Source of the DNA: Octopus vulgaris
Lineage: Eukaryota
Reading direction: 5' to 3'
Assembly (NCBI GenBank): GCA_951406725.2
Contig: OX597829.1
Coordinates: forward strand, 33,170,001 to 33,234,000
Length of the DNA stretch: 64,000 bases
Of this stretch, positions 25,871 through 39,300 are shown in pieces. Both the position numbers and the translations under genes were made by a program. Within the stretch, counting starts at the first letter, position 1, and each line of letters opens with the position of its first letter. Below the pieces are notes generated by a model. It did no database searches. It was not told the origin of the DNA and worked only from the letters and a program-made list of their open reading frames with translations.

Positions 25871-28156
25871 TCCACAGTTTTTCTTTCTACATTTTCTTTG
25901 TAACTTTTTTTTTAAATTTATTTTTCACTAAAAATTTCTATTTTCTCAAGTTATCTTAGGATCTGGTAAGTGTAAATAAGACTATTTTGCACCGAGGATA
26001 TCTTAATAAGACAGAAACATGAGTGGATTTTCTCACATACATGCAAAAATAATACTTGCTAATCATTGCATGTACCCAAATTCAATTTTAAATTAATTTG
26101 GATTTCAGGCTTTACGTTTGTCTTTTTATCAGTGAAGCTAACAATTTTTTTACTCTTTATTATGGGTATAATTTTAATAAGCTAAAACTTTGTTTGGCTC
26201 ATTACATTTATTATGTTTGTTCTAATTTAACTATGTCTTTTATGTAAGAAGCATCACTAAGAAATTTTTTCCATCTATATAATGCAATAACTCTGCCTCT
26301 GTCGTCTCGCTTCACTTTACATTTCGATACCCCTCTATTCCTTTAAGTAAGAAGCAGTAAGATCGATCTCTAGCTTATATACATTCAGGCAAATAAACAG
26401 ATTCAATCCTCAGAGCTAACTGCTGTAAATATACCATTTCGCCAAAATTTTGTCTGATGGTCATAAGTCCCAGCTGTAGATAATAACCTAAAATAAGATA
26501 GGCTCCCGCAAGCTACTTTTACTTATAATAAAGTACATGAGCAAGAAGCTCTCAGTGTTCAGTTCATTAAGATTTTCAGAATGTTTCATATACAAATTGT
26601 GATTTATCTTAGGAAATGAAAGAATGAAAGAAAGACTTGGTTTTAATTGTGAAAAATGAAGAAATTACTAAAAATAGTATGGGAAACTATGGAAAAGCCT
26701 CAATGTTAAGATGACTAAAGAGAGATAAAATATAGTTTAATTAAACACTGACCAATATGAGCATCATAAAGACTTTGGTCAGTAGGCCCCTCTCCAAGAC
26801 AATGAATACACTCATGTAGATGGTTGATTTTGTTAGATGGTTGCTTCTGATGCATCCTAAGATATTATTATTCTTAGGGGTGTAGCCAAATGAATTATGT
26901 GTCCAAGGATTTGAACAAAATTTCCATGGGACATAAGAACTCATAGAAGAAAACCCTTTAAAATAGAAATTTCCTAAGATTATATCTTAGGAAATTTTTG
27001 AATTCAAAAAATTCAATTCGATTTGAATGGAATTCAAAGAAACTTTGTCCAAAGAGATTATATCTCTTCAGATAAAGTTTCCTTGAATTCAATCCCTCAG
27101 GCAGTAAATTGGCAAAGTCTATAAGTCCAAATCTTACTGTGATTAACTTTGCCTTTCATCTTTTCAGGGTCAATAAGATTAGAGTATCAACCTAGAGTGA
27201 TGAATTTGTCAGAATTGTAAAAGTATCAAATAAGATGACTTGTGCTATTTGCTCTGACTTTTTGTATTCTGGGTTCTTGAATGGCATACTTAATCCATCA
27301 CGTGGTTTAACATCACCACCTGGTCTTAATGTGGTACCCATTTGGGTCAGGTGTCTGATCTGAAGATAACATGCTTTGTTCTTCCACCAATTTCCAATGT
27401 CTTCAAAAATAGAGAGTTATGAATTCTGCTCTTTCTTCTTGAACTAAACAGTAAAAAAAATTGAAGGATATAGAAAAAAAAATCCTTTCCAAAAAATATT
27501 TACACTAAAGTTTTTTTTCCAAATATTTTTTTTTCCTAAATAATCAAAATAAGGTAATATATAATCAATTGTGAAAGCATTAATATAGCACTCCCTCTTT
27601 TATAATTATTTTAAACCAAAATAATTAAGTTGATAATTTAATCCTTTAATAATTTTCTTTTGAAGATTTAAATTTTTGTAGGATTTTGAACTGGAGGAGG
27701 TTTGTCTTAAGAGAAGTTGTGTATCTTCCAACTGAAAAATCAGTGGTTTGTATCCTGTTACTGCATTATCTGAAACATCTACTCACAAAAATATTCATTT
27801 ACATTTCAGATGATCCAGGTTTAGTTGGCTAGTTCAGTAAATAAGTACATAGAGCTTTGGTAGTACTGTGAAATTCATAATTGCTTTGTTAGTTTGTAAT
27901 TGCAGAAATCAAGTACTCTTGTGTACATAGTGTAATGTCTGTTAGTATGTGCTTATTGAATAACATAGACAATATGTAGTGCTGAGGAGTATCAATTAGT
28001 TGCAGGCAAATGACATATGTTCACTTCCCAGCTGAGCAATTCTTTTCACCTGTGACTCATCTCTTACATTTTTGAGCAAAGTTAATATTTTGTAAATTTT
28101 ATTCCATCAAATTGGTTTGTTCTTTACACAATGTATAAAAAGTAAACCTTAAAAGT

Positions 28157-28455
28157 TGGGCTGGATTAAGACCCATCGAGGCCCTAAGCACTTAAAAGAT
28201 TTTGGTGCCCCCATAAAAGATTATGCAATTCAAAATATAAACAATAGCAAACCATAAAATAAATTTTTATTTTTCAAAATGAAACAAAACAGAAAGAGGA
28301 AAAATAATGTTTATTTTAGTATACTTCCACTTCGATTATATTTGAAAAGTTTCCTCCTGCTTTTTTGAATTGCAAAGTCTTTGATCAAATCCTCGAAATT
28401 AATCTTAGTTAACACATCTGCATCTATACTTAGTAGAGATAAAGGCATCCTGGAT
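28157..28455 (-). mobile_element. hAT transposon 3' remnant
   Basis: LSLLSIDADVLTKINFEDLIKDFAIQKSRRK (hAT C-terminus) then ggtcttaatccagccc terminus; homologous to 51815-52218. Confidence 0.7.
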
Positions 28456-28719
28456 ATTATTTTCGTAAATTTGAAGTGATTTCTTTTGTGCTGTAAACCA
28501 TTTACCATTTCTATAGTTCTCCTACCTTCCCTTGATACCCTAAACACAGGCTTACTTTGCCTGATCGTTAATCCACTGCTGTTCAGGTGTGATGTAACAT
28601 TGCATTTCAATGTCTTATAGTTGTAGACTTGTTGGAAACGATATTCAGTACTTTAATTTTCATGCAATAGATCCACTTGACAAAGTCAATCTGTTCAAGA
28701 TATTGGCTTCAAATTATGA

Positions 28720-29092
28720 CACAAGGGCAGCAATTTCAGAGGATGGGATAAGTCGGTTACATCAACCCCAGTGCTCAACTTGTACTTAATTTGTTGACTC
28801 TGAAAGGATGAAAAGCAAAGCTGACCTCAGTGGGATTTGAACTCAGAGCATAATGACAGATGAAGTACCACTAAGCATTTTGCTCGGCATGCTAACAATT
28901 CTGCTAGTTTGCTTCGGGGGAGGGGATAAGTTGATTACATCAACCCCAGAATTGAACTGGTACTTAATTTATCGATCCCAAAAGGATAAAAGGCAAAGAT
29001 GACCGAGGTGGATTTGAACTCAGAACATAAAGACAAATGAAATACTGCTAAGCTCTTCACCTGGCGGACTAACGATTCTGCTAACTTGCTCC
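28720..29092 (-). mobile_element. two tandem tRNA-derived SINEs (OR-like)
   Basis: Reverse complement: gcagaat..gttag..tctgagttcaaat..ctttgccttt..atcc..; same family as 41545-41746. Confidence 0.75.
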
Positions 29093-29349
29093 ATAATCTC
29101 TTCAACATATCAACAAATAAGTTTGTTGATTTGAACCTGAGAGGGCTTTTTCTTCCACAAGAACCAACAATAAATCTCTAATAAAATAGCTCTAATCATG
29201 AATTCAAAATGAGAAGCGATTTGGCTTCATCAAAGTTGAAGTGTTAGAAAGATAATATGACGGCACTCGGTTCATGCCTTTTTTTCAAGTGACAAAGAGA
29301 CAAGCTACAACTACTGCCTTTACAGTCACATAGACATGCTTTAACTTTT

Positions 29350-29690
29350 GACAACAGGTGTATTGCCTCCTCTCTGTTTATTAAACCACCACTATAATGA
29401 CCTCTACTCCTCTGAACTGGTTTTCGGGCTCATAACACGTCTACTTATGCATTCCTGTCTTACTCGTCTCCCCTCCTCTCATTACTTTTATTGTGTCGAT
29501 CTTCCTCGGCCCTGGGTCAATAACAACACCTAGTCCTAGAATATTGCCCCTATAGAGTTCCCTCGTTTCTCAAATCTTTCCCGCAGGTATTGACTTACAA
29601 AAGGAACACTAAATCTTATTGATCTCACCGGTCTAGAAGGTCTTGTCAAAGCTATGGGCACTGTTTCTTTCTCGCGATGGAGAAAGTATT
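29350..29690 (+). mobile_element. decayed 3' end of a Jockey/CR1-group LINE
   Basis: LCLLNHHYNDLYSSEL..TRLPSSHYFYCVDLPR resembles non-LTR ORF2 C-termini; A-rich tail follows. Confidence 0.4.
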
Positions 29691-30764
29691 AAAAAAAAAG
29701 AAAGAAAAACTCATATTTATAATGATTCTTAAACTAGTACAAAACTATACATAGGAGTACATTTATAATGATTCTTAAACTGGTACAAAACTATACATAG
29801 GAGTACTTGACTTATCATTATTTTATCAACCCCGCTGTGAGGAAGTGAAAAAGTCAACTTTTCATTTAGCATACAGTAAGAGGAAACTAGATTCCGGAAA
29901 ACATTTAATCTATTTATTGCTCTTGCCAATCCATCTATAATGATAATCCTTTTCAAATCTCGACAAAACACTTAAGTCTTGAAATTTTATCACCGTAAAA
30001 CACATTTAACAACTATTATCTTTTCTTTCATTTTCAATGTCGAGACAAGTGACTAAAACTATTTAACATTTGTTACTTCGAAGGATAGAGATAAACAAAT
30101 TTTCGGCTGATATTTTAATTTCAATTTTCTTCAGAGTCCCTTGTCTTTTTCTTACGCTCTATCTTTCACTTTCGTTGATTTTATTGTTTTATTAATTTTG
30201 TGAGTAGAAACGGTTTCAGTTTTCGCGCCATATAAAATCGTAAGGGCATAAATAGGTCAATTAGAAAAAGAAAAAAAAAGGTGTATCAGTGAAAGTAATT
30301 CAGATTTCAATAAATGCTCAAATGTAGTAAAGATAGTCATCAAAGAGAATAGTAGTCACTATGTATTTCGAAGATTACAAAATTCGATTCTGGTTAAATT
30401 TTTCTCACAAAAATGGTGTACTATTTAAATATTTCAAATTTTAGACCGTTCAAAGTGCTGAGTGTAAAACTCGTCTCGTTTTATAATACCCAAGTCACTT
30501 CTATTGACATACGTCGCTAAGTATCGTTTTATTTCACAAATGATTCTCCCTCTCTTTCCGTTGCATTATCTTTTGTATGTTAAAAATATAGTTGAGCTGC
30601 TAAAGAATACACACACACATGCATTTAATATATGCACACACACACAAACATACATATACACACATAAATATATATACATATATATATATACATACATATA
30701 TATACATATATATATATATGTATATGTATACATAAGATGCAAATGTATATGTATGTGTGTGTAT

Positions 30765-30960
30765 TCTTTTATTTATTTTAGTCATCTGATTGCGGCCATG
30801 CTGGAGCACCGTCTTCAGTCGAAGAAGTCAACTCCAGCACATTTTCTTTAGTAAGCCTAGTACTTATTCTATCGCTCTCTTTGCCGGACCGCTAAGTTAT
30901 GGGGACGTAAACAAACCAACATCGGTTGTCAAGGGATACTGGGGGACAAGCTCACCCCCC
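30765..30960 (-). mobile_element. OK-like SINE 3' half
   Basis: gcggccatgctggagcacc..ccgctaagttatggggacgtaaac. Confidence 0.75.
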
Positions 30961-30997
30961 CCCCCAAATATATACAGATATAAATATATATATATAT

Positions 30998-31343
30998 AGG
31001 GGGGGGGGGATAAGAAAAATAAACGAAAATACACATTGTAAATCAAAAAAGTAAAGGCTTTTTATGAAAAGTAATGAAAGATATACACAATTTGATGAAT
31101 TGAGGTAGGAATAAAAGTAATAATAGTCATTATTGTGAATTGTTAAAGTGATTCGAGCATACCGGTTTCGTAATTTATTAATCAATGCTTTGAATACAAC
31201 TATTCATTGCTTTGAATGCACACCGGTGCATTCAAAGCAATGAATAGTTTTTGATTTACAATGTGCGTTCTCGTTTAGTTTTCTTACTTTCCCCTTACAT
31301 TTCCATGTGTAGTTTCTATTTTCTTTTTGTAACATATTTCTAT

Positions 31344-31345
<2 letters not shown>
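30998..31345. mobile_element. small (TA)n-flanked fold-back element with half hammerhead
   Basis: Arms 31012-31050/31247-31286; inner palindrome 31198-31248; minus-strand GAAAC cg GTA tgct at 31156-31169. Confidence 0.55.
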
Positions 31346-31380
<35 letters not shown>

Positions 31381-31384
<4 letters not shown>

Positions 31385-32492
31385 AAATTCTTCAGAAAGA
31401 TATATAAATGTGTAAAATAATTATTGTATTAGAAATATAAATATATATAAATATATGTAAATATGTATAAGTATAAATATATAATAAACATGACAGTTTA
31501 AAATTTAATAGTTTAAAATTAGGTTTTTAAAACATCTTACGATCGTTTCGCAAAAACATTGTCTCTATGATGGAATCCTGAAGAACATGAGGAGATAATA
31601 CGTACGTTTAAAGACGGTTATAGTTCATGGGAGTTGGACTACGACTGGGACTTACTTCCAAGTTACACAACTTATGATAGGCTATTAGAGGAAACGAGCT
31701 TTGACATGTTAGAAGGATCGGTTTTAAAAGGTAGAAAACAGGGCTGCTCGAAAGTGGGGAGAGTAGATCCATTTCCATTTTTCATTTTCATTTTTCGTTC
31801 ATATTGTCATAATTAAACAATTTTTTTAATATGTCCCACACGTCTTGTATTGTTCCGTCTATGTACGCTCCTTGTGGGCAATAAAGAAATAAATTATACA
31901 AATTTAATTATGGATTACTGCAGAAGACTTACCAAGGAGGCATATGAGTATTTCAAGATTCTCATACTAAAGTGCTCTTACCAAACTCAAAAACAGTAAC
32001 TTTTAATTTATATTTCAAACAAACACCATTTTCCCATATTACTTCTTATTTTAAAAAAAACTACCATTTGATAAATTATACAAACCTCACATTTTATATC
32101 TCTGAGGAGCAGAAGTATTGTCTATAAATGTTTATCAATATAGGATTCCATTATAGAGACAAAACTTTTGCGAAACGATCGTAAGATGCTTTAAAAACTT
32201 AATTTTAATCTATTAAATTTCAAACTGTCACATCTATCATATATTTATGCTTATATATATTTACATATATTTATATTTTTAATACAATAATTATTCTACA
32301 CATGTATATATCTTTCTGAAGAATTTTCTGATATTAATTTCCTGATATTATTAACAATATATTATATATAACCACTCGTATTAAATGTATAAATATTTTA
32401 ATAGTATCAATAATTTCATACAAAAGAGCACTCACTGTAAGTTTAGTATATAATATTTTCATAGAATATATTTAACTGAAGATTTATATATT
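31381..32492 (+). mobile_element. (TA)n-flanked fold-back HHR element
   Basis: Arms 31381-31588 / 32143-32330, ~550-bp spacer, extra right tail; no long ORF. Confidence 0.85.
32098..32187 (+). ncRNA. type I hammerhead with elongated stem II
   Basis: atct CTGAGGA gcagaagt..acttttgc GAAAC gatc GTA agat; intact core. Confidence 0.9.
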
Positions 32493-32498
32493 TACATA

Positions 32499-32553
<55 letters not shown>

Positions 32554-32779
32554 TTATACATACATACACCCACACTCTACGCATACACACACGAACACAC
32601 ACATGCACTACAAACAACATACACACATGATACATATAGTCCTTTGTTTTTTGACCAGGCTTTGACCTGGCTTGACACAAACAGCTAGCAGTCATCACGA
32701 CAGCTGGCTTTGTCATTGCCTTATTCACCAAAAATACACACACACACACACACGCACGCACAAACACACTTGTCATCTT

Positions 32780-32822
<43 letters not shown>

Positions 32823-32969
32823 CATTCCTTTTTTGGGAACTCTCTTGCATTATAAAACCATATTTCAACTACCTCCAAATTCTGTTCTTTCAACATGTGA
32901 TCTCTTAAGCACCACCAGCTCAAATATTTTCTCCTCTGTCTTCCCTCCTTGGGACCTTTCCTTATCCTT

Positions 32970-33004
32970 GTTTCCGACGAAGAGCTCCGCTCGAAACGTT
33001 AAAC
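32970..33004 (+). ncRNA. minimal hammerhead (CCGACGA variant) in a PLE 3' end (32820-33108)
   Basis: gttt CCGACGA a gagc tcc gctc GAAAC GTT aaac. Confidence 0.75.
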
Positions 33005-33103
33005 CCTCCTTCCCTTCTTTCCTGAGCGTCAATAATACTTTAATTGTTCCACGTCCTGCGTTGCTGTTTTTTTCTCTTTTTTTCTGTGTTTTCTTGTTTG
33101 GAT

Positions 33104-33169
<66 letters not shown>

Positions 33170-33200
33170 TACATATACATACATACATATATATACATAC

Positions 33201-33266
<66 letters not shown>

Positions 33267-33453
33267 TAGATAGATAGATATAGATATAGATATATATACG
33301 GGTGTGTGTGATTGTGTATAGAAGAATATTTTAATAAAAGGAATTCCAACCTTGTCTGATTTTCCCGTTTTATTTACAATCTTATAATGATATAATGTAA
33401 TATAATATAATAGAATAAAATAAAATAGTAGAATGTTAAATGTTCATTCTGAT

Positions 33454-33498
33454 TGAACTAGTACTTTCATGCATTAAATTCTGCAATCTTCAGGTTCA
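33454..33498 (-). ncRNA. type I hammerhead
   Basis: tgaac CTGAAGA ttgcag aattta atgcat GAAA gtac TA gttca. Confidence 0.8.
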
Positions 33499-33638
33499 TG
33501 TAGTAGTGGTGACAGTCATGCTTCACAAATTTTGACTGTAGCGAGACGGTTAAATGGCTTAAGAGATAGTTTAAGGCACAGATTTAACCATCTCGCTACA
33601 GTCAAAAATTGTGAAGCATGACTGTCACCACTACTACA

Positions 33639-33683
33639 TGAACCTGAAGATTGCATAATTTAATGCATGAAAGTACTAGTTCA
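33639..33683 (+). ncRNA. type I hammerhead
   Basis: tgaac CTGAAGA ttgcat aattta atgcat GAAA gtac TA gttca. Confidence 0.85.
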
Positions 33684-33806
33684 ATCAGAATGAACATTTA
33701 ACATTCTATTATTATATGTTATTTTATTTTATTATATTATATAATCTTATATTATATCATTATAAGATTGTAAATAAAACGTGAAAATCAGACAAGGTTG
33801 GAATTC

Positions 33807-33892
<86 letters not shown>

Positions 33893-34342
33893 ACTCATAG
33901 ATATGTCGATGTCCGATGGATGTACTTGGTACAGACACAATTGTATCTATTATTATTATTATTATTATTATTAATATCAATAGTAATTTTTATTGACTTT
34001 TACAGGTTTATAATTTTATGAACTGAACTATGTTTTTTTAATTTTTATTATTATTTTTCATGTATAGGTCTGATTTTAATTTAAATGTGAGTGTACATAT
34101 ATTTTCCTGTGTGTTAGTTTTTAGAACTATTAGCCCAGTATGTAGAATAACTGTGTTTATTAATATATATTGATATATATTTTGTTTTATTTTGTTTTGT
34201 TTATTTTGTATTATTGTATTAATGAGTATATATATATATATGTGTAGTATTATGGGTGTCTATGCACACGTTTTTATATTTTATATTTTTATATTTATAT
34301 GTATATAAAAAAATTTTTTTTCACACTTATAATAAATTAAAT

Positions 34343-34453
34343 TCTCTGAAGAGGCCGTGGGGCATCCTTGTTAATGTCTCATTTATACCTGCCTTATATG
34401 GCTTATAGGTTAAATGAGGCATGCTTGCCTTTACTGCCGAAACAGCTGTCAGA
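34343..34453 (+). ncRNA. type I hammerhead with ~85-nt stem II, in a non-coding element ~33893-34640
   Basis: tct CTGAAGA ggc..tgtctcatttatacct..aggttaaatgaggca..gcc GAAAC agct GTC aga; 3' end shared with 41270-41430. Confidence 0.9.
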
Positions 34454-35249
34454 TATGATATAATTACATATTATATTTTATATTTTATATTTCTATTTCC
34501 TTGTCTAATTATATTTACAATATATTTTGTATAATGCCTTTACTGTTATGTAATGGTGTAATAAAGTATTGATTGGGTATCATCTGTTGATTGATGTTTG
34601 ATTGATTTAAGTATGTTTCTCCATTTTCTAATTTTGTAGTATATATATATATACATACGAGCAAAAGGCCCCCCCCGTCCAATGGACGGGGCTGAGTTGT
34701 CAAACGTTTAAACCAAATTTTCTCAAAACAGCTTGTCCGACCGTCCCATAGGCCTCCCCTTTGAGAAACACTGATTTAACCTAAATTTGAGATACCAGCA
34801 AAAGAAGAAATAAAGATAAACTTTTTTCTATTGCAAAGAAAAACGATTTTATTCACACAAATATGCAACCGAAGAGTTTAAAGTACCAGTAATGATAAGG
34901 CTGTTGACTGGGAGAACACAAACATGGTTTAAACAGTAAGCTTGGCAGGAAAGAAACGTGCCTTTAAGCAGTACAAAAATAACAAAAAATGGAAGGTGCA
35001 GTTATGTACAGGTTGACGGAAGAAAAGCAAGACAAAAACGATGCATGCAAACGGGTTAGCTGGAGGTAAATCTAGATGGAAATGCATCATGAATTTATGA
35101 GAACGTACCTCGGACAATAATAAGTTTATCCGATAAAATATGTACGAGATCAACTTTGGGCGATTTTTGATGAAAAGCAACAACCTAGGGAACTAAGTAA
35201 CTAATTTTAAGCTAAGTTACTTTACGGGATGTTCAAGGACATGGAAAAG

Positions 35250-35500
35250 CTAATGGAGGGCAGCCTTGTAAACCACATTCCTTGTTACTCTGTCCGGAGC
35301 GTAGTAGAAAAGGTTTGTCGAACAGCCACATACAGTTGTCCGTGCGAAAAGCAAGGAGTGCTGAGGTCCAACCCCACAACTTTCAATGACTGCCCCTGTG
35401 CTTTGTTGATGGTCATCGCGAAGCTCAGGCGAATAGGAAATTGAACGCGTTTCACCGGGTAAACACAGTCCGACGGTATCAATGACCTGCGTCGCCTCAG
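35250..35500 (-). pseudogene. Helitron helicase fragment
   Basis: [45 protein letters not shown]. Confidence 0.85.
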
Positions 35501-35811
35501 ACTGTAAAGGGAGATAACTAAATTGAGTTTGGCAAATTTGTTTGGCACTCAACAATAGAAGAAAAAGAAATAAAAATGATCGACTGTGTATGAAATATGC
35601 ATGCTTGATGTTGAGGGTGGAAACTCCTATCAGCGTCATATAGTCGATTGTGCAACCAAAGAAAATCGATTTCCCACGGCTTTATCGATCGCATTCTCAC
35701 CTGGAATCGATTTTTGTAATTTTTTCAAGACTTATACACGCTCTGATACCGTCGGTATCTACATATCAAATTTGAGCGCAATCGGATGGAGGATGCCCGA
35801 GATCCGAGAAG

Positions 35812-35897
<86 letters not shown>

Positions 35898-35899
<2 letters not shown>

Positions 35900-37800
35900 G
35901 AGAATTCACAAAAAAAGGTGTAGACAACAAATGGATGTATTAGTTTAACGCTCGGGAAGTGAAAAAATCTTTAAAAATCTTTAACGTTTCGAGCCTACGC
36001 TCTTCCATAGAAATGAACACAGAAAGAAACAAGGAGAGAAAATAAAGAATGTGTAGTGGCTAGCGATGCATCATGGCGAATGCCGGACAGAGGGGACACA
36101 CAGGAGAGTTAGGAAGAAGGGGAGATAATAAAGTAATGGTGATCCCAAAACGAAGGTGCGCATGCGTATGTATAAGAGAGCATGTGTGTGCGTGTGGAAG
36201 AGAGCTGGTGACCAAGACGCGTGCGTATGTGGATGTGGGACTGGGAAGTGGTCAGTGCTAGTGTACGCGTGGTGGTGTGATGTGGTGTTGTGTTGTAGGA
36301 TAGTGTATGGTGTAGTCTGGTGTGATGGTGTTGGGATGTGGGGGAAGTGAGAGTGAGGAAAGCAATGGTGGGTGTGGGTTAGGCTGAATGTGGGGGTAGA
36401 GGTGGAGTATGTGGGAGTGGGTATAAGGGATGGGGTGGAGGTGGGATAGGATGGATAGGGAAGGTGGGGTTGGATTGTGTAGGGGTGGGGTTACGAGGGA
36501 GGGAGAAGAGAAGTAGGAGTTGGAGCAAGAGAGGAGAGGTGGGTGGGAGGAAGTAGGTGTGAGAGGGAGGAGAGTTGAGTCCATATGGCACAAAGGAACG
36601 AAGAAAGAAGATCCCTGTTCACGGCGCAAACGGGAGTCAGAATGGCCCCTGTGCAAGGACACAGACTGTCTGAACACAGACAAGTGTTGCAAAGAGTGAC
36701 CGGTAGAGCGAAAATGGCGCGGACCGAGGTGTCATTGCCGAGTCGGATGTCTCGGAGGTATTCCGCGAACCGGTCAGCCTAGCGGCGTCCCGTTTGCCTA
36801 ATGTATAGAGAAGGACAGAGAGAGAGCAGTAGATGACACTGGTAGAAGTGCAGGTGACGGAGTCGGTGATATGATAGGGTCGATGATGGGTGCCAGAGAG
36901 GTATGGGCAAGTACGGCAGCGTGGGCAGGAGCAGGGGAACGAGCTGGTTTGAGAGGTTGGGTTAAGGAAGAAGCTGTGGACCAAGAGGTCTCGTAGGTTG
37001 TGGGCTCGTTTGAAGGAGAGGAAGGGTCGGTTAGAGAAGATGTGCGAAGTAGAGGGGTTGGACTGGAGTCGCCGGAAGGCTCGGAGAATGGTGCGTTGGA
37101 GCGGTAGGGTGATGGGGTGGTAAGTGAGGAGAAACGGGAGACGGCAGGGCGGATGCGGGGATGGGAGCAGATGCACGATCCATGCAACATGCCCTGGCAA
37201 GTGCGTTGTGGATAGTGGTGAGGGGATATGAAGTGGCAAGCCATTAACTGAGATTCAGTCTCAAACTCATGGTCGTCAGTACAGATCTTGCGTAGACAGA
37301 GGAACTGAGAATAGGGGATGGAAAGCTTGGTCTGTTTAGAGTGGGAGGAGGAGAAGTTGGAGGTATGAGTGTGACTCTGTGTGTTTGTAGTGGATGGAGG
37401 TGGTGAGAGTGGAGTGATGAATGCTGACCAAAATGTCAAGAAAGGAGACAGAAGTGTCAGAGATAGTGCAGGAGAAGTGGAGGGCAGGATGGAAAGATTT
37501 GACAAAAGAGAGGAAGGAGTCTAGATGGTCGCAGGAAGGTGAGGTTGCACCGATACAGTCGTCAATATAATAACGGCCATATAGTTTTGGAGTGGGACCA
37601 GTGAAACTTGAGAATATTTGAGCTTCAACGTAGCCAATGAACAGGTTCGCATAGTTGTGGCCCATTCTCGTTCCCATGGCCACTCCCAAGATCTACTGGT
37701 AAAAATCACCAGCGAATGAGAAGCAGTGTTGATTGAGAGGACAAGTTCGACCAGACGAAAGAGAGTGGATGTGTAGGGTTGGGGGTTGGGTTGAAGTTGG
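35898..37800 (-). mobile_element. Penelope-like element (same family as 10460-12540)
   Basis: GVAMGTRMGHNYANLFIGYVE..GRYYIDDCIG, KLSIPYSQFLCLRKIC, FKRAHNLRDLLVHS, CxCxRCxTC. Confidence 0.9.
35980..36013 (-). ncRNA. minimal hammerhead variant in PLE pLTR
   Basis: ttt CTATGGA a gagc gtag gctc GAAAC GTT aaa. Confidence 0.6.
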
Positions 37801-38726
37801 CAGAGCAAATTCATAATACATACTATGTTGAATTTGGTTTCACTATGGAAAAAAAGTTGAAGGCGATTTAGCTGTTGTTTTTAGCATTTCTCCACTGTTG
37901 GGATCTTTTTAAAAACCTTTTTCTATTACTCAAACGAAAAATAAATGAATCTAAATTTTTTTTTCAAACATTTCCATTACACTCAAAAAAATTTATGAAT
38001 TTCTTTCTCTTCGAAAGTCCTCCTCACCCCCTCGGAAAATTTTTTTCCCCACAAATTTCTTTTTATTCATAATCTATGTCGTTTGAAAGGTATCTATATA
38101 AAATTTCATTAAAAGATATCCATTTTCCTAAAAGTTATGAGGAAAAAATCGGATCTTGCGAATTTTCCAAAAGTCCTCTCCACACCTCCGGTTCGTTAGC
38201 GCAAATTTTTATTTTCTTATTCGTTTAATACACAATTTTTTTACATCTCTTACACTTTTTTTTGTGACCAGGAGTTAAAGTAAACATTAACCGAGCCCTT
38301 TTCGAATGACAGGCAAAAATCTGGTGAAAAGCTCATGGTACAGGAGTAATAAATCAGATTAATAATCCAGAATTTCTTAAATTGTGCAAGCTTCAATTCA
38401 GCGCTTCCAAAGATTTTTAAAAGTCATCGTGAACTTATCTCGGATCTTTTCGGTTTGAACGGCAGTTTTTTCTAGCTGTGTCATATAAAATTATCACCCA
38501 TGATTATGACCCTAGTATCGATCTATTGCATTTCAATCTATTTTAGGGTTAGGGTTAGGGGTGGGGGAAGGGTATCTTTTTTTCTTCACAAATGTAAATA
38601 AACCCAATGTTTCTTAAACGTGGGGCATATTCATACGGCACAGAATGGTTTTTTTTACCTCAATAGACGTCAGTGGTTGGTTGAAATTGCAGAAAAAAAA
38701 CAAAAAATATCTTACAAACTATAGAA

Positions 38727-39267
38727 TCTCTTATTATAAAAGGCAGATTTTATCTGCCTCCCTTTGGGAGTTATACAAATCTACAATATAGGATTTCTTC
38801 AATTACAATTTACCTAGCAGTTTTAAGAGTACAATGCATCGCGTCATACCAGCTCCAGTTTTTAAAATTTAAACTCCAATTAAGCAAAATTTACAGAAAA
38901 CTCACATTCTGGTGTGTGTGTCAAATGCTTTTCTTAGTCTGGTTTACACCACACGCAAACGCACACACACAGTGGGCAACGAATAAAATGAAAGTAAATA
39001 GCGACAGAGTGATTTGAGGAAGACTAAAGTGAAAGTATTCTGTCTATGACGCTGATAGATACATGAGTAAAATGTATGGGAAGCTAAGAGCTAAGAGTGA
39101 GTGAAAATGTTCTTGGAAGAGAGTAATTAGTAATAAAGTAAACATACACTCATACATACATACATACATACATACATACATACATACATACATACACACA
39201 CACATACACACACACATACATACATACACACATACATACATACATATACATACATACATACATACAT

Positions 39268-39300
<33 letters not shown>

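Larger units (their letters stand above)
33336..33810. mobile_element. near-perfect fold-back element with a hammerhead in each arm
   Basis: ~220-bp arms around a ~26-bp spacer (33556-33581), between (TA)n tracts. Confidence 0.9.

Noticed and set aside
29714-29806. 46-bp tandem duplication
   Set aside because: Simple local duplication with no further structure.
38545-38565. Interstitial telomere (TTAGGG)n, also at 42637 and 48945
   Set aside because: Only 2-3 units and a fixed internal part of the MITE family.
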